Part shown: piece by piece, positions 1 to 10,855 of the stretch
Layout of the letters: every line of letters starts with the position of its first letter
Numbering within the stretch: position 1 is the first letter of the stretch
Origin: Escherichia phage vB_EcoM_PTE-Eco09
Length of the DNA stretch: 64,000 nucleotides
Reading direction: 5' to 3' (one strand)
Sequence record: PQ306574.1
Program-made: the position numbers and the translations under genes
Notes under the pieces: model-generated
Told to the model about the DNA's origin: nothing
The model's input: the letters and a program-made list of their open reading frames with translations, nothing else
The model's database searches: none

Positions 1-498
1 TCATACTGTCTCACCTTCAATAACTCGCGCTTCCTCGTCTTCGATTTCATCCATTAAATCACTAGGAGAACCCATAAAGACGGTCGCATTCTGGATATTA
101 ACTGGTGCGGCTGGGGTATTATCTTTCTTTTTCTCTCCAGCTTGCTCGGTGATTTTCTTCATATCCTTATGGATGTTCAGCAATTCTTTATTGTTGTTGC
201 TCATTTGCTGCATGAGGCCGTTAAATGCTTGTAGGAACCTCGGAGACTCACTATTTTTTGCAAGTTCAAGATAAATCTTTGCGGCGTCCATCATCATCTG
301 ATTCTGAAAATGAATATTCTGACGTGCCTCATTATAATCTCGTTGTAAGTCAATATTACGATCTTCTGGATGACTTTCGACCGGAGTCAAGACGAGCGGA
401 TCATAGCTCACTCGATCTTCTTCCGCGTCGAATGACCCCGGAAGACCTAGACTTTCGAAATTCATTAATTGCTTCATATCTAAGCCTAGATCTGACAT
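1..498 (-). CDS. 16: Terminase small subunit (T4 gp16-like)
   Basis: 165-aa ORF, ATG at 496-498, stop at 1-3; sequence along its length resembles T4 gp16 as recalled (e.g. NIQNATVFMGSP, LMDEI); lies after gp15 as in T4. Confidence 0.85.
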   Translation of the reverse strand: MSDLGLDMKQLMNFESLGLPGSFDAEEDRVSYDPLVLTPVESHPEDRNIDLQRDYNEARQNIHFQNQMMMDAAKIYLELAKNSESPRFLQAFNGLMQQMSNNNKELLNIHKDMKKITEQAGEKKKDNTPAAPVNIQNATVFMGSPSDLMDEIEDEEARVIEGETV

Positions 499-511
499 AA
501 TAAATTACCTC

Positions 512-1345
512 TTAAAATTCTCTTACACTACGTGGACCCGGTGGAGTCGGTGCAACTGGTATTGGAATATCACTAGAATATGATTCTTTGATAGTTCCGT
601 CCCAATCTTCTTGCTCGACGTCACGTTTAACGACCTCGTGATCCACTGATTCAAAATTACCGCTAGGATTCAATTCACGAGAATTGGCATGAAAATCAAG
701 ATAAATCGTTCTGATTTCCCCCTTAACGTCGGTAGCTGGAGGATATATAAACCCGATAAATTCGAACATAATGGTCCACTCAAGACGACGACGAGAAAAC
801 TTATCTTCGCCTACCTGTTCATCTGGAGTAATAGAACTAATTGTGACCTGAATATCTCGATCAATCCATACATCATTACCGTGTAGTTCTTTAATCTTAC
901 AGTTAAAATGAGGCTGGAAGTAAGGAAGAATCTGTTCAATTATTTGAAACATATCATCTTCGTTACGCGTATAAATCCCTAACTCGAAAGTAAACTTATA
1001 TGGTACAGGATTATATTGTGTTACGCTCCTGATTCCATCAGCCGTATATTTTGGTACTGTCTTATTTGCAATATTGGTTTTAAAGTTCTGGGCGTATGTC
1101 ATATCAATCAAAGAAAGACACATACGCGGTAAAATAGTTTCTACCTTTGCTACGTCTTCCTCACTTGAGATATTGTTATATTTGTCCAGACTCATCATGA
1201 ATTTTTCTTTCTTTGCGTAGGTGATAGGAACTTTAATAAACCGCTCACCGTCACTACGCACCCTTTTAATTTGTACGCCGGAGAATAAATTACCCAGCAA
1301 TACAATATACCGTCTAATTGACGAATTATAGTGCCAACCGAACAT
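512..1345 (-). CDS. 15: Tail sheath stabilizer / completion protein (T4 gp15-like)
   Basis: Resembles T4 gp15 from MFGWHYNSS onward (VPITYAKKEKFMM, YNPVPYKF, DFHANSRELNP); the track start at 1375 is TTG, trimmed to ATG 1343-1345 with AAGGGGG RBS. Confidence 0.85.
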   Translation of the reverse strand: MFGWHYNSSIRRYIVLLGNLFSGVQIKRVRSDGERFIKVPITYAKKEKFMMSLDKYNNISSEEDVAKVETILPRMCLSLIDMTYAQNFKTNIANKTVPKYTADGIRSVTQYNPVPYKFTFELGIYTRNEDDMFQIIEQILPYFQPHFNCKIKELHGNDVWIDRDIQVTISSITPDEQVGEDKFSRRRLEWTIMFEFIGFIYPPATDVKGEIRTIYLDFHANSRELNPSGNFESVDHEVVKRDVEQEDWDGTIKESYSSDIPIPVAPTPPGPRSVREF

Positions 1346-1371
1346 TTGACCCCCTTGTTTATGAGTATTTA

Positions 1372-2112
1372 TCAAAAATCGGCGAAAGGTGAACCCTTGC
1401 CATTAATAGGATCAAACGGATCAATAAAATCTTGTCCTTCGCTTCTGAATTGCTTATCTTCTTTGTACTGATCTAAGTTGATATCTGTTAACCCGTCCAG
1501 ATTAGTGATCGGTGCAAGATCCAGATCCGCAAACTCATCAACATTAATTCCCTCATTGTGTTGTAATTCTGGTCGCAATTCCTCACCGCTATACACGAAT
1601 TTCTCTGCAATAATTTTACGCATGGCATTTTTGCCAGCCTGAAAAAACGGCTGATATGGCTCAACGTAATTAATTTCAAATAAATCATTACTCATCGGAA
1701 TATAAATTAAGTCACCTGATTTTGGCTCTTGATCATCTACTTGATGTTTGAATAGGTTGGGGTTAACCGTAAAAGTTAATTCATCATTAGCTTGATACCC
1801 GAAACTAGAGAAGAAATTACCCGCTCCTTCATACCCATCAAATGAGTTAATATACGCCGCAAATTTCCATGCTTTAGTAAATTTGCTTTGAACATCCTCA
1901 CCAAAGATCATATCTGGCTTGACAAATTCACGAGGGATGTAATATAATTCTACACCTCGCATCTGAATAGCTTCGGCGACCATAACGTCGGCTAACGTCT
2001 GAGTATTTGTATATTTGTGAAAGTTCACATAAGGATTAAGAATCTCTGTTTGTCGTGTATTCTCATAATCCTTTTGCGATTCAAGGCGAGCAAAAAGAGT
2101 GTTGTTAAACAT
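1372..2112 (-). CDS. 14: Neck protein (T4 gp14-like)
   Basis: 246-aa ORF, ATG start; size and position between gp13 and gp15 as in T4 gp14. Confidence 0.85.
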   Translation of the reverse strand: MFNNTLFARLESQKDYENTRQTEILNPYVNFHKYTNTQTLADVMVAEAIQMRGVELYYIPREFVKPDMIFGEDVQSKFTKAWKFAAYINSFDGYEGAGNFFSSFGYQANDELTFTVNPNLFKHQVDDQEPKSGDLIYIPMSNDLFEINYVEPYQPFFQAGKNAMRKIIAEKFVYSGEELRPELQHNEGINVDEFADLDLAPITNLDGLTDINLDQYKEDKQFRSEGQDFIDPFDPINGKGSPFADF

Positions 2113-2148
2113 ATGTTACTCCAAATGGGGGAATACTCCCCCAATAAA

Positions 2149-3081
2149 TCAAATCATGAGGATGCCGAACGGAGGATCTAATAATTCTAGTTCTTGTCGC
2201 AATTTCTCAATGTCGGCGCGTGCTTCTTCAATGATTCGGATACCATCAACAGTGACACCGCCGAGTAATTGCAGACCTTGATGTTTAGCCATGATAGACC
2301 CCCACACCTCCTTAGTGAAAGCGGTTGCCATGTCTTTAACCCAACGGTTATTATATGCGCCCTGCTTGTTCTCACTGATCGGTCCCATGCCAGCAACAAT
2401 CCCGCTTAAACCAGCAGTTGGATTATCATAAACGGCGCTAATCCCGCCAGCGGTAGAACATCCTCCAGCATGAGCATAACCAGCAACCGCGCCGATCATA
2501 TCAGGAACGTCTACATAGCTTTTAACATATAATTCAACAACAATGAGATCACCTTCTCGGAAGTTTCCTGTTATCTTAAGTTGTCCGTTTGCGCTGTTAT
2601 ACCAATAATCTGGCAGCGGATTGAGCATATTTTGCATAGTGGCTCGATAGCTCATAAGCTGTTCGAAATATCCTAGATCACCACCCATTGCATTTGGACC
2701 ATAAAATTTACTACAGCCAGATCCTAAACCGCCATTTACACCCGCTAAACCCAACAGAAAGTCGGTGAACCACGGATAAACGGCAGTACCATCCATCGTA
2801 GCCGCGCTACCTACGTTTGTTCGAATTATTTTAGTTACTGCAAATACACCAGAATCGCTTAAATCAAATACCCCGTGTTGCGCTTGTTCTGCACTAACAC
2901 GAAATACTTTATATCCTTTATTCACACCATCGAAATGATATTCCCCATAGAGTTCTAGTGCTCTCTGAATACAATCGTAAATCTGGTCTTCTGTTACTTC
3001 TACGTTAATTACTGGTGCGCCTAAACGACGCAGAATAGCGTCTTTTAATTCTCTTGGGTTATTGGTTACATATCCTGACAT
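2149..3081 (-). CDS. 13: Neck protein (T4 gp13-like)
   Basis: 310-aa ORF (T4 gp13 is 309 aa); ATG start; synteny wac-13-14. Confidence 0.85.
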   Translation of the reverse strand: MSGYVTNNPRELKDAILRRLGAPVINVEVTEDQIYDCIQRALELYGEYHFDGVNKGYKVFRVSAEQAQHGVFDLSDSGVFAVTKIIRTNVGSAATMDGTAVYPWFTDFLLGLAGVNGGLGSGCSKFYGPNAMGGDLGYFEQLMSYRATMQNMLNPLPDYWYNSANGQLKITGNFREGDLIVVELYVKSYVDVPDMIGAVAGYAHAGGCSTAGGISAVYDNPTAGLSGIVAGMGPISENKQGAYNNRWVKDMATAFTKEVWGSIMAKHQGLQLLGGVTVDGIRIIEEARADIEKLRQELELLDPPFGILMI

Positions 3082-3090
3082 AATATCACC

Positions 3091-3120
3091 TATAAACGAA
3101 AAAGGGGCTTAACGCCCCTT
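3091..3120 (-). terminator. Hairpin plus U-run after fibritin gene (minus strand)
   Basis: AAGGGGC-TTAAC-GCCCCTT stem-loop; on the minus strand it is followed by TTTCGTTTATA. Confidence 0.5.
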
Positions 3121-3127
3121 TAATTTC

Positions 3128-4897
3128 TTATACCGGAGAAATCCCAAAGAGGAACTCTTTAATTTGTACTGGCTGTGCTACTGCTTCGGCAGATACACCC
3201 TTAATACGGATGTTAATCTGATCGCCCTTTTCAATATTTAGGAAAGCACTGGTAGAATAGCTGATCAATTCGTCTGTGCCGTAATGACCATTTTTCGCTT
3301 CATGTACCATCTGTCCATTTTTGAAAATCGCAACAATGAATGTTGCATTATGTTGAGCTTGTACAGCACAACGGAATACACAACGGAATAAACCTTTGTC
3401 CTGAACGGTAATAACAGATTCACTTTTCACCATTTGACGCGCATTAACTTCTTCCGCCATGTCGTTAAGCGGAATCTGTTTATAAACATCCTGTTCGTCC
3501 AGTTCAACCGTAATATCTGCGGTATTTTTAAATGCTCCAGCAGCATATGCAACTTGCACCCATTCTCCGCGCTTACGCAGATAATGGAAACCGTCATCAG
3601 GTACATCATCTACTTTGTTTCCGTTAGATGTTTGTAGCTCTTTGACGATTTTAATCACGCCTTTCTGAGTAAATGGATCTTCTGAACCATCATCGCCATA
3701 GATATCACTTGATAGTTTAATAACGCCAGCGGTCAAACCTGATTCGCGATCACCTACAATCTGTTCCATGTCCTGTACGCTTGCTTCTAACCGACCCTGA
3801 GTGTTTTCTACAACTTTAATACGTCCGGCTAGAGTATGTCGATCGCTGTCAGTGCCAATCTCATTGGAAAGTCGAACAACTTCACCGCGCAAACCGTCAG
3901 CACCGCTTACACCAACAACCTGTTTAAGATCTAAAAATTCTCGCTCTGTGTTGGTTAATCGATAATCAATGCTTCCGGCCGATTGAGGCGTTCCGATCTT
4001 ATTCTCGACAGCCAGAAGACGAGGACGAATACCGGAATCTACACCATTAACATCATTGTTTAGACGTTCATAATTAGTTCCCAGCGTAGTGACTTTAGTC
4101 CCGATATCAGGGATTGAATCAAACAAAATTGCTTTCTTGACTTCTAGAACTTCGTTTGATAAGTTAGCAATGTTTCTTGCGTTGGTGCGGAGACGAACAT
4201 ACACATTTTCTTGTGTTGCAAGAGACGTGTCGCCGATCTCACTGCGCATTTTGTTAACTTGTTTTGTTAACTCGCCTACGTCAGAATCTTGCCAGTCGTT
4301 TTCAAGCTGAATGATTCGGCGACCGTGGTCATTTAATGCTGCGGTATTCTGAATAACTCGGTATTTGATGCCAGAACCGGAACTGCCAGCATCAGGGGAA
4401 CCATTGATATTAAAGTTAGGATAAGAACCCATTTCTTGTTTGATGAAAGAAATGTCATCATAGATTGTTCTTGTGCTAGGATCGGCAGCGGGGCGATCAC
4501 CAATCTTGATGTTAAGTTCTGATACAGCGTCTACCGTTGTTTGTAGAGTTCTTGCTGTTTCTCCTAAGTTATCTTCGACGGATTCAACTTTTGCGACAGT
4601 CTGGTTAACCACATCAATGATACTTCCGTCAGAAATTACCCCTAAAGTTGTTTTAATATCGTTAACCGCCGTTACAACCTCGTTAACTTTAGCGACGGTT
4701 GATTTTGCGTTTTCGTTTACGCGTGCAACGTTTTCTTGAATTGCAACCGGGGCGCGGTTAAGCGTCCCGTCATTGCCAGTCTGTGTCGTTGCTGCGCTTA
4801 AACATTCGCCATTCTTGATCCAGTTAATACGGTGCTGTCCTTCGCTTGGTACACCGTCAACATGTGGGATCTCGTGGATGTTTAATTGTTCAATCAT
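3128..4897 (-). CDS. wac: Fibritin (whisker antigen control) with extra C-terminal domain
   Basis: N-terminus (HVDGVPSEGQHRINWIKNGE) matches T4 fibritin (LPFVDGPPAEGQSRISWIKNGE); long coiled-coil region; foldon-like GFHYLRKRGEWVQV followed by about 130 extra residues. Confidence 0.8.
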   Translation of the reverse strand: MIEQLNIHEIPHVDGVPSEGQHRINWIKNGECLSAATTQTGNDGTLNRAPVAIQENVARVNENAKSTVAKVNEVVTAVNDIKTTLGVISDGSIIDVVNQTVAKVESVEDNLGETARTLQTTVDAVSELNIKIGDRPAADPSTRTIYDDISFIKQEMGSYPNFNINGSPDAGSSGSGIKYRVIQNTAALNDHGRRIIQLENDWQDSDVGELTKQVNKMRSEIGDTSLATQENVYVRLRTNARNIANLSNEVLEVKKAILFDSIPDIGTKVTTLGTNYERLNNDVNGVDSGIRPRLLAVENKIGTPQSAGSIDYRLTNTEREFLDLKQVVGVSGADGLRGEVVRLSNEIGTDSDRHTLAGRIKVVENTQGRLEASVQDMEQIVGDRESGLTAGVIKLSSDIYGDDGSEDPFTQKGVIKIVKELQTSNGNKVDDVPDDGFHYLRKRGEWVQVAYAAGAFKNTADITVELDEQDVYKQIPLNDMAEEVNARQMVKSESVITVQDKGLFRCVFRCAVQAQHNATFIVAIFKNGQMVHEAKNGHYGTDELISYSTSAFLNIEKGDQINIRIKGVSAEAVAQPVQIKEFLFGISPV

Positions 4898-6297
4898 TAG
4901 CGCACCCTTATGATATAGTTTAATGCCAGACTCTTGACGCGAGTCTCGTTAGCCGTTCTTACGGATCTTCCTGAGTCAAAGTTAACAGTAGTACCCCAAT
5001 CATCACCACCACCGTTTTTATAGTTCGTGCTCCATTGACCGCGCTGTGCAGTAAATGCTCCACCATACCAACCGCGCCAGCGGTCAGCTACAGGGAATTT
5101 ACCAGTAATTCTCTGCATTGCGTCTTCTTGATAAGAACCAAATCGACGACCTGGATCAAGGTTTCTTCCATGATCGCAACCACGAGCAACTAAACCGCGC
5201 ATATCAGGAAGATTAAAATTGTCACCTGAACCACCAAAGGTATAACCAATCGCAGAAAATAATTGCGGATATTGATTTTTATTCAGTGAACGACCATTAC
5301 AGATCAGAAAGTCACCTCGATCGGCATTGAATCCAGAAAGGATAATACCACCAATTGGCATTGCGTGATTCGCTAATTCATTTTTAGTAACAAACTGGTT
5401 GCCGTCTGAGTTAGAACCTTTATAGACGTTTCCGCTTACCGTACCGCCAGTGCTCGGAAGAACCTTAGCATTTGCTGATAGTGCAGCGTTAGCCTCACTT
5501 CCTACGGTGTCTCGTAGTTTAACAATGCCGTATTGAGACGTTGTTGCCTTAGTGCTTGCAAACTTCTTAGCAGAAACAACTACAGTATCATCTGAACCAG
5601 CATTCATCTGTGACTGGCTGGCGATCTTAACAGTACCCGCCTGATTCTCATTGGCGCGAGCATTTGCAAATGCATAAGGGCTAATTGCAAAACCTTCTCG
5701 AATCTGGCCTTGTAAAACCTGCGCATTAGTTGCTAACTGAACTAAACCCTGTGCGCTTTCGGTTGCTGTGTTTTGATCTGGAATTAATCCCGGCACAATC
5801 TGTGCAATGGCAGTGTGCATCTTTTTCGGTGTTACTGCCATTGTGTCATCGCTGCCAATCTTTGCCGCCTCAAGAGAACATATCTTAATAGTCCCCTGAA
5901 CGCTCTCTGACGCCTTTTTAGTGGTGAAGTAATGGTTTAGTGTGTCTGGACCGATTGCCATGTTCTCGTTGCTCTCTTGCAGCGATTCTTCCATCGTGGC
6001 AAATCGGGTAATGCCTTTTACTTCTTTTGTAGCATCTGGACGTGACATTTTAACAGCTAGTGTTTTTGGAGTCACGATCTTATTGTCTACAGTGCCGTCG
6101 TTTACTTCTTCCTGAGTTGCGATTGCAGCGATCCCGGCTGTATCTTCCGTAGCGTCCGGTAATCCATTTACGGCAAAGCCATTAATAGCGGCTAAAGCCG
6201 CTTGTACGTTGGTAATGCTTTGAGGCCAATCATTTACAGGGTTAAACTTGACGTATTGAGCATCGTCTTTTACATGGTTAATAGTATTGTTTGCCAT
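4897..6297 (-). CDS. 12: Short tail fiber protein (T4 gp12-like)
   Basis: 466 aa; N-terminus MANNTINHV...YVKFNP..VQAALAA resembles T4 gp12 MSNNTYQHV..YVKFDP..VQAAIAA. Confidence 0.85.
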   Translation of the reverse strand: MANNTINHVKDDAQYVKFNPVNDWPQSITNVQAALAAINGFAVNGLPDATEDTAGIAAIATQEEVNDGTVDNKIVTPKTLAVKMSRPDATKEVKGITRFATMEESLQESNENMAIGPDTLNHYFTTKKASESVQGTIKICSLEAAKIGSDDTMAVTPKKMHTAIAQIVPGLIPDQNTATESAQGLVQLATNAQVLQGQIREGFAISPYAFANARANENQAGTVKIASQSQMNAGSDDTVVVSAKKFASTKATTSQYGIVKLRDTVGSEANAALSANAKVLPSTGGTVSGNVYKGSNSDGNQFVTKNELANHAMPIGGIILSGFNADRGDFLICNGRSLNKNQYPQLFSAIGYTFGGSGDNFNLPDMRGLVARGCDHGRNLDPGRRFGSYQEDAMQRITGKFPVADRWRGWYGGAFTAQRGQWSTNYKNGGGDDWGTTVNFDSGRSVRTANETRVKSLALNYIIRVR

Positions 6298-6308
6298 TAT
6301 ACATCACC

Positions 6309-6953
6309 TTATGCAATACGTTTGAAATAATATAGGGTAGTTCCAAATTTCTCTTCTGTACCCATTCGAGACCATGAACCATAACCAACACGAGCAGGAG
6401 AATCAACATTTCCTGTGATTGTAATTCCGTACTTGTTAATATCGGTTGGTGGGTGTTCAAGAGAATCGATATAATGAATTTCTAATTGGTCGTTGCTACT
6501 TCCTTTTCTTTTTACTTCTTTGAACATAATGTTTTTATTCATTAGTTCGGTAAATTTTTCCGTTACTTTCTCACATAGAGAAACGCCGGAAGACCCAACA
6601 TCAACAATAAATGGATAACCCAAAACATCAATTAATACTTTGTTTGCGTCTGGATTATGCTGATTGTTAACAGAACCAGAAAATGACAGAGTTTCAATCT
6701 GTCCTGCGGCTTGTGGTGGAGTTGAGTCGGTTGTAACCAACACATCACCAATTCGGATCATTGACAATGAATAAAGGTCATCAATTGCAGATTGAACGTT
6801 GTTTACATAGGAACCTTTTCTTGATTGATCGACATTAACGCCACCAATTGGACGAGAACCACCGATAACAGGATCTTTCGATCCTGGATCGTATGAAATA
6901 AACGCCGCATCGCTGGAAAATACACTAGCTTTTGAACGTGTTTTAGAAATCAT
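6309..6953 (-). CDS. 11: Baseplate wedge protein (T4 gp11-like)
   Basis: 214 aa (T4 gp11 219 aa); position between gp10 and gp12. Confidence 0.8.
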   Translation of the reverse strand: MISKTRSKASVFSSDAAFISYDPGSKDPVIGGSRPIGGVNVDQSRKGSYVNNVQSAIDDLYSLSMIRIGDVLVTTDSTPPQAAGQIETLSFSGSVNNQHNPDANKVLIDVLGYPFIVDVGSSGVSLCEKVTEKFTELMNKNIMFKEVKRKGSSNDQLEIHYIDSLEHPPTDINKYGITITGNVDSPARVGYGSWSRMGTEEKFGTTLYYFKRIA

Positions 6954-6954
6954 A

Positions 6955-8757
6955 TTAACCTACCCTTAGCCAACGATAGACAGTTCTGTATGGAGGAAGA
7001 ATACCCATCATTGATGGATCGGTATTTCCCTGATTAACTTTAACATTATCTTCTCGATATTTGGTAAACGCTGGACCTACTGCATCAGGGTCTACCTGAC
7101 AACCACCGATAATAATATTTCCGTTATCATCTTTTACAAGAACTCGATCGTTGCTCTGTAATTCAGGAATCATATTTTTCTTGATCTGGTATGCAACATC
7201 ACCACCGTTACCACCTGCGGTGTGTGTAGGTTGACCATGTGTATCAAGATCGTTGTTGTTTAGTGCGAAGTTTTGATCGCTTGCGTCAGAAGACCAACCA
7301 GCCAGAAATTCTCCTTCCGCATAACGTACCCATGTACCAATTCCCATATATGTCGCCGGGTTAGCTGGGTTATGCGCGTTTTCATAAATTGTGCCTATAG
7401 GATGGAAAATATCAAAGATGGAATAGATATCCATCACACGACCTGTATAATCTTCCATTGGGCGTTTAGTTGCTTGGCTTGGATTCTGGAAATCGGTATA
7501 TTCAATTCGATTTGTCAGAGTAACTTCATCTTCGTTATTAAGATAGATTTTATCTGCTTTTTCTTTAATACCGCCTACACCGTCCCATTCCATTAATGTT
7601 CCGATATCATTATTAAACCAGCGAATTGTGATAGTGTCTCTGTTATCTAGTGCTTTAGATAATTTAATACCAGTCACCACGCTGTTTTCGTCAAACATTA
7701 ATGAATAATCTTCACCAGATTCCACCCATTGACCGCCAGCAAGTACGCAGGTTTCTTCCGTTTCACCGTCAGCACCTTCACAAATAAAGGAAGGTAAATC
7801 CGCATCACCCGCTTTAATCATTTGTGTGCCGTTGATCAGCAATTCAAATGAATTTGGGTTAATAAGATCTCGCTTACTTACGCCTAATTCAGCATTAGTA
7901 AACTCTTTCTTATTAGCAAGTTCACCGACCCAAACTTCACCAGGGATGGATTCCAAAGTGGTCATTCCTGTTTCATAAACGCGGATTGTATGAGTAATAT
8001 AGCTTGACCGGAAGGATGCGATACCGTCCATATAAGTGATGATTTGAATGGTATCACCCGCCGAACAAGGGAAGCGTAATTTAATGCTTTTACCGTCAAG
8101 AGGAACAATATCACCGTTTTCACCGATTGAACCATAGTTAGAATCATCGGTTAAATCCTTGCCATAATAAAGCAAGTTACCGCGATAATACACTTCAACA
8201 TTTCGAATATTGTAAGTATTGGAACCAAACACATTAGGGAAGTCTGTTTGTCCTTCGGTTGCAATATAAACTTCCTTAGCGACTGTGCTTAAATCGGAAG
8301 TGGTGATAGTATCTACTCGTTTATTTTCGACATATTCCCAACGTCCGGGCGCACAATAAACCAATTCAACATCCATGAAATCTTTATACAACTCACGGTC
8401 GATTGGAGATCCCTTAATGGTATCACCTTGCGCTGGCTTCAACGTTACGTTATGTGCAGCCCATGAGCGCCAAACATCACGAAGTTTAATTGTTTTATTA
8501 TAATCACTCGCGCTTCCTTTAGGCAATTCAACAGAAACAGCGTTGTTCGTTGTATTAATCGCCCATGCATCACCAAAATTTGGTTTTAATACTGGTTGTG
8601 TGTGAGTTTTCCACGCGCCGGATGCATGAGGGATATCACCATCCCCCAGCTTAGTATAAAGTTCAGAAAAGTTGTCATTAATCTTTTGACCGCCTTTTCT
8701 TAGATAATCACCTGTACCGTCATCAACAACGTTACCGATATTAATTAATTGTTTCAT
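6955..8757 (-). CDS. 10: Baseplate wedge protein (T4 gp10-like)
   Basis: 600 aa (T4 gp10 602 aa); synteny. Confidence 0.85.
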   Translation of the reverse strand: MKQLINIGNVVDDGTGDYLRKGGQKINDNFSELYTKLGDGDIPHASGAWKTHTQPVLKPNFGDAWAINTTNNAVSVELPKGSASDYNKTIKLRDVWRSWAAHNVTLKPAQGDTIKGSPIDRELYKDFMDVELVYCAPGRWEYVENKRVDTITTSDLSTVAKEVYIATEGQTDFPNVFGSNTYNIRNVEVYYRGNLLYYGKDLTDDSNYGSIGENGDIVPLDGKSIKLRFPCSAGDTIQIITYMDGIASFRSSYITHTIRVYETGMTTLESIPGEVWVGELANKKEFTNAELGVSKRDLINPNSFELLINGTQMIKAGDADLPSFICEGADGETEETCVLAGGQWVESGEDYSLMFDENSVVTGIKLSKALDNRDTITIRWFNNDIGTLMEWDGVGGIKEKADKIYLNNEDEVTLTNRIEYTDFQNPSQATKRPMEDYTGRVMDIYSIFDIFHPIGTIYENAHNPANPATYMGIGTWVRYAEGEFLAGWSSDASDQNFALNNNDLDTHGQPTHTAGGNGGDVAYQIKKNMIPELQSNDRVLVKDDNGNIIIGGCQVDPDAVGPAFTKYREDNVKVNQGNTDPSMMGILPPYRTVYRWLRVG

Positions 8758-9608
8758 GTAGCAACCCCGATTTTAATAGTGTCTACGGCTTTAACTGCTA
8801 AACGAATATTTTCGCCAGTAGCCTTATACTCTGCATATACTTTATCGCCGGAACCTATGAAATAACGAACCGTGTATAATTCGTCTTCTGTCTTCTGCAA
8901 AACTGCATATTCCGTCGCATAAACTTTTCCGGCTTTAGAATCAATCATCAGTAGCGTTTCACTTGAACGCATTTTTGAACCGGATGTATTGCTAGCGGTA
9001 GTTAATAATTTGATGGAAACGTATTCTGTTTTTGCGGCAATAGCAACGTTTGTTGCTACTCCAGTTACGTTAACTGTTTTATCTAATGGCGTTGTTGTAT
9101 CGGTAAACATACTTTCGATACCCAATCGCCATGTTGCGCGACTACCTTCAACGGCAGTACACCAAACAGTGACTTTTGAAAATGGTTGTGTTATTGTAGC
9201 ATCACCGGAATAACCGCTAATAGAATCACCTGCTTGAGTTCGAATATTGAGCGGTGTCGTCGTTGAAAAGCTACCGTTACTATTTATGAATACAACACCC
9301 TCACCAACCTTTGCTTTAGGTAGAATAGCAATAAGTGCGCCTTGAGTTGTATCGATATCGTGTAGACTCCCAATCTCAACAGCGGACCCAGAGTAGCTTT
9401 GACGTGGATGTTTCTGATAGTATCCGGTTGCATGAATAACCATTCTTCCTACGCCGTGGTCTACGTCTTTAAACCGTTGATCAGCAAATGCGTCATATAT
9501 TGAATCAAAGTTATCGTTAATTTTATTGCCGCCATCATATAAGATATCGCCAGTCGATGGATTGCCGACAGTACCTGTGTCTATTCTTTTCTTTGGAACT
9601 TGTGCCAT
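8754..9608 (-). CDS. 9: Baseplate wedge / long tail fiber socket protein (T4 gp9-like)
   Basis: 284 aa (T4 gp9 288 aa); overlaps gp10 start by 4 nt; synteny. Confidence 0.8.
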   Translation of the reverse strand: MAQVPKKRIDTGTVGNPSTGDILYDGGNKINDNFDSIYDAFADQRFKDVDHGVGRMVIHATGYYQKHPRQSYSGSAVEIGSLHDIDTTQGALIAILPKAKVGEGVVFINSNGSFSTTTPLNIRTQAGDSISGYSGDATITQPFSKVTVWCTAVEGSRATWRLGIESMFTDTTTPLDKTVNVTGVATNVAIAAKTEYVSIKLLTTASNTSGSKMRSSETLLMIDSKAGKVYATEYAVLQKTEDELYTVRYFIGSGDKVYAEYKATGENIRLAVKAVDTIKIGVAT

Positions 9609-9635
9609 TGTTTAATTCCTCATGTTATGATGTAT

Positions 9636-9643
9636 TATTTATA
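9636..9643 (-). promoter_or_regulatory. T4-type late promoter motif TATAAATA upstream of gp9
   Basis: Plus strand reads TATTTATA (reverse complement TATAAATA) about 28 nt upstream of the gp9 ATG, directly after the cassette terminator. Confidence 0.55.
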
Positions 9644-9652
9644 AAATACATA

Positions 9653-9678
9653 CAAAAAAGCCGCCCACAAGGACGGCT
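9653..9678 (-). terminator. Hairpin plus U-run ending the MTase cassette (minus strand)
   Basis: AGCCGCC-CACAA-GGACGGCT stem (one bulge), then TTTTTT on the minus strand. Confidence 0.55.
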
Positions 9679-9683
9679 TATAA

Positions 9684-10523
9684 TTAAATGTCAAACAAAT
9701 CTGAGAGCGTCCCAGACTCGCTTTCCTGTTTCGGTAAGGTAATCTCCTTACTTTCTTCTATTTGTTCGTTAGGACGTGATTTAGGCGCTTCTACGGCTTC
9801 TTTCTCGTAATACCGAACCTCAACCACTTCTGTTAAAACGTTGGTACTATGCCATTCATCGCGATAGATTGATGTATCGATCCCACATCCGGCGTAAGTC
9901 ACCAAACCAGTTTGTTTGCTCCATTTTAGATATTTATTAGACTTCACTGATTCATCATAATAAGGTCTACCGGAATAAGCAAACCCAGCGGAACTAGCAG
10001 GAACAATAAAATAACCTACATCGGCAAACTTCTGGCCTAACGTCATAACCTTAAATTCAAACTCACCGCCAGTATATTCAAATACATCCTTTGTGTCTGT
10101 AGTATTGATTTTACCGAAAGGTGGATTGCTGATCACCACATCGAATTTTTCGTTTGACTCAAATTCGAATACATCGCTGGTGATCCATTCTGCCTCCGGT
10201 AATAGTCGCTTGCCAATCCGCGCAAATTCTGGATTGAGTTCGACGCATACGATCTTTTCTGGCTTACAACGATGTAACATACAAAAAGATAAGCGACCGA
10301 TCCCCGCACAAAGATCTAATACTTTTCCGGTGCAATATGCATCAATGGTAAAATCCCAGGCAAGCCATTCTGGGGTAAAGAATGCACCGGAACCGCCTAG
10401 ACCATCGCCATGATAGTTATTATAGCAAAATTCTTTTTCTTCATATGTCAATGGGCGATCTGAATTAATCAACTCCATCACCCGATCGTGTAATTTTTGT
10501 TCTTGTTTAGAAAGTCGTGCCAT
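9684..10523 (-). CDS. N6-adenine DNA methyltransferase-like protein (gamma-class motif order)
   Basis: FFTP motif, LDLCAGIG SAM-binding motif and VISNPPFG catalytic motif in that order, then a roughly 140-aa C-terminal region; no T4 counterpart at this position. Confidence 0.65.
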   Translation of the reverse strand: MARLSKQEQKLHDRVMELINSDRPLTYEEKEFCYNNYHGDGLGGSGAFFTPEWLAWDFTIDAYCTGKVLDLCAGIGRLSFCMLHRCKPEKIVCVELNPEFARIGKRLLPEAEWITSDVFEFESNEKFDVVISNPPFGKINTTDTKDVFEYTGGEFEFKVMTLGQKFADVGYFIVPASSAGFAYSGRPYYDESVKSNKYLKWSKQTGLVTYAGCGIDTSIYRDEWHSTNVLTEVVEVRYYEKEAVEAPKSRPNEQIEESKEITLPKQESESGTLSDLFDI

Positions 10524-10855
10524 TATTTAACCTTTGCTGTGACGGTAACGCTATGTCCCAAATAAACATGAGACATAAAGAACACAAAGTTTTTAAATTG
10601 CGGATTCTTACGAATCCATCGTTTCAATTTTCGAATGCAAGTTATACGATGGTCATAATTAGAATAACTAAATTCAATACCCTGTTTCATCATCTCGTGC
10701 ATTTCTTCGTATGTGTGCCATTGGTTATCATGTTTACAAAACCAATGAGTACCATAGAGTTTAGGATCTTGTGCACGTAGACCATAGTAATGCTTTTGCA
10801 TTGGGAACTTAGCTTTATTCATTGTGTAATGCAATTTAATATTTACGCGTGCCAT
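10523..10855 (-). CDS. Hypothetical protein (cassette ORF 2, 110 aa)
   Basis: ATG start; its stop shares one nucleotide with the MTase start codon; His/aromatic-rich; no recognisable motif. Confidence 0.45.
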   Translation of the reverse strand: MARVNIKLHYTMNKAKFPMQKHYYGLRAQDPKLYGTHWFCKHDNQWHTYEEMHEMMKQGIEFSYSNYDHRITCIRKLKRWIRKNPQFKNFVFFMSHVYLGHSVTVTAKVK

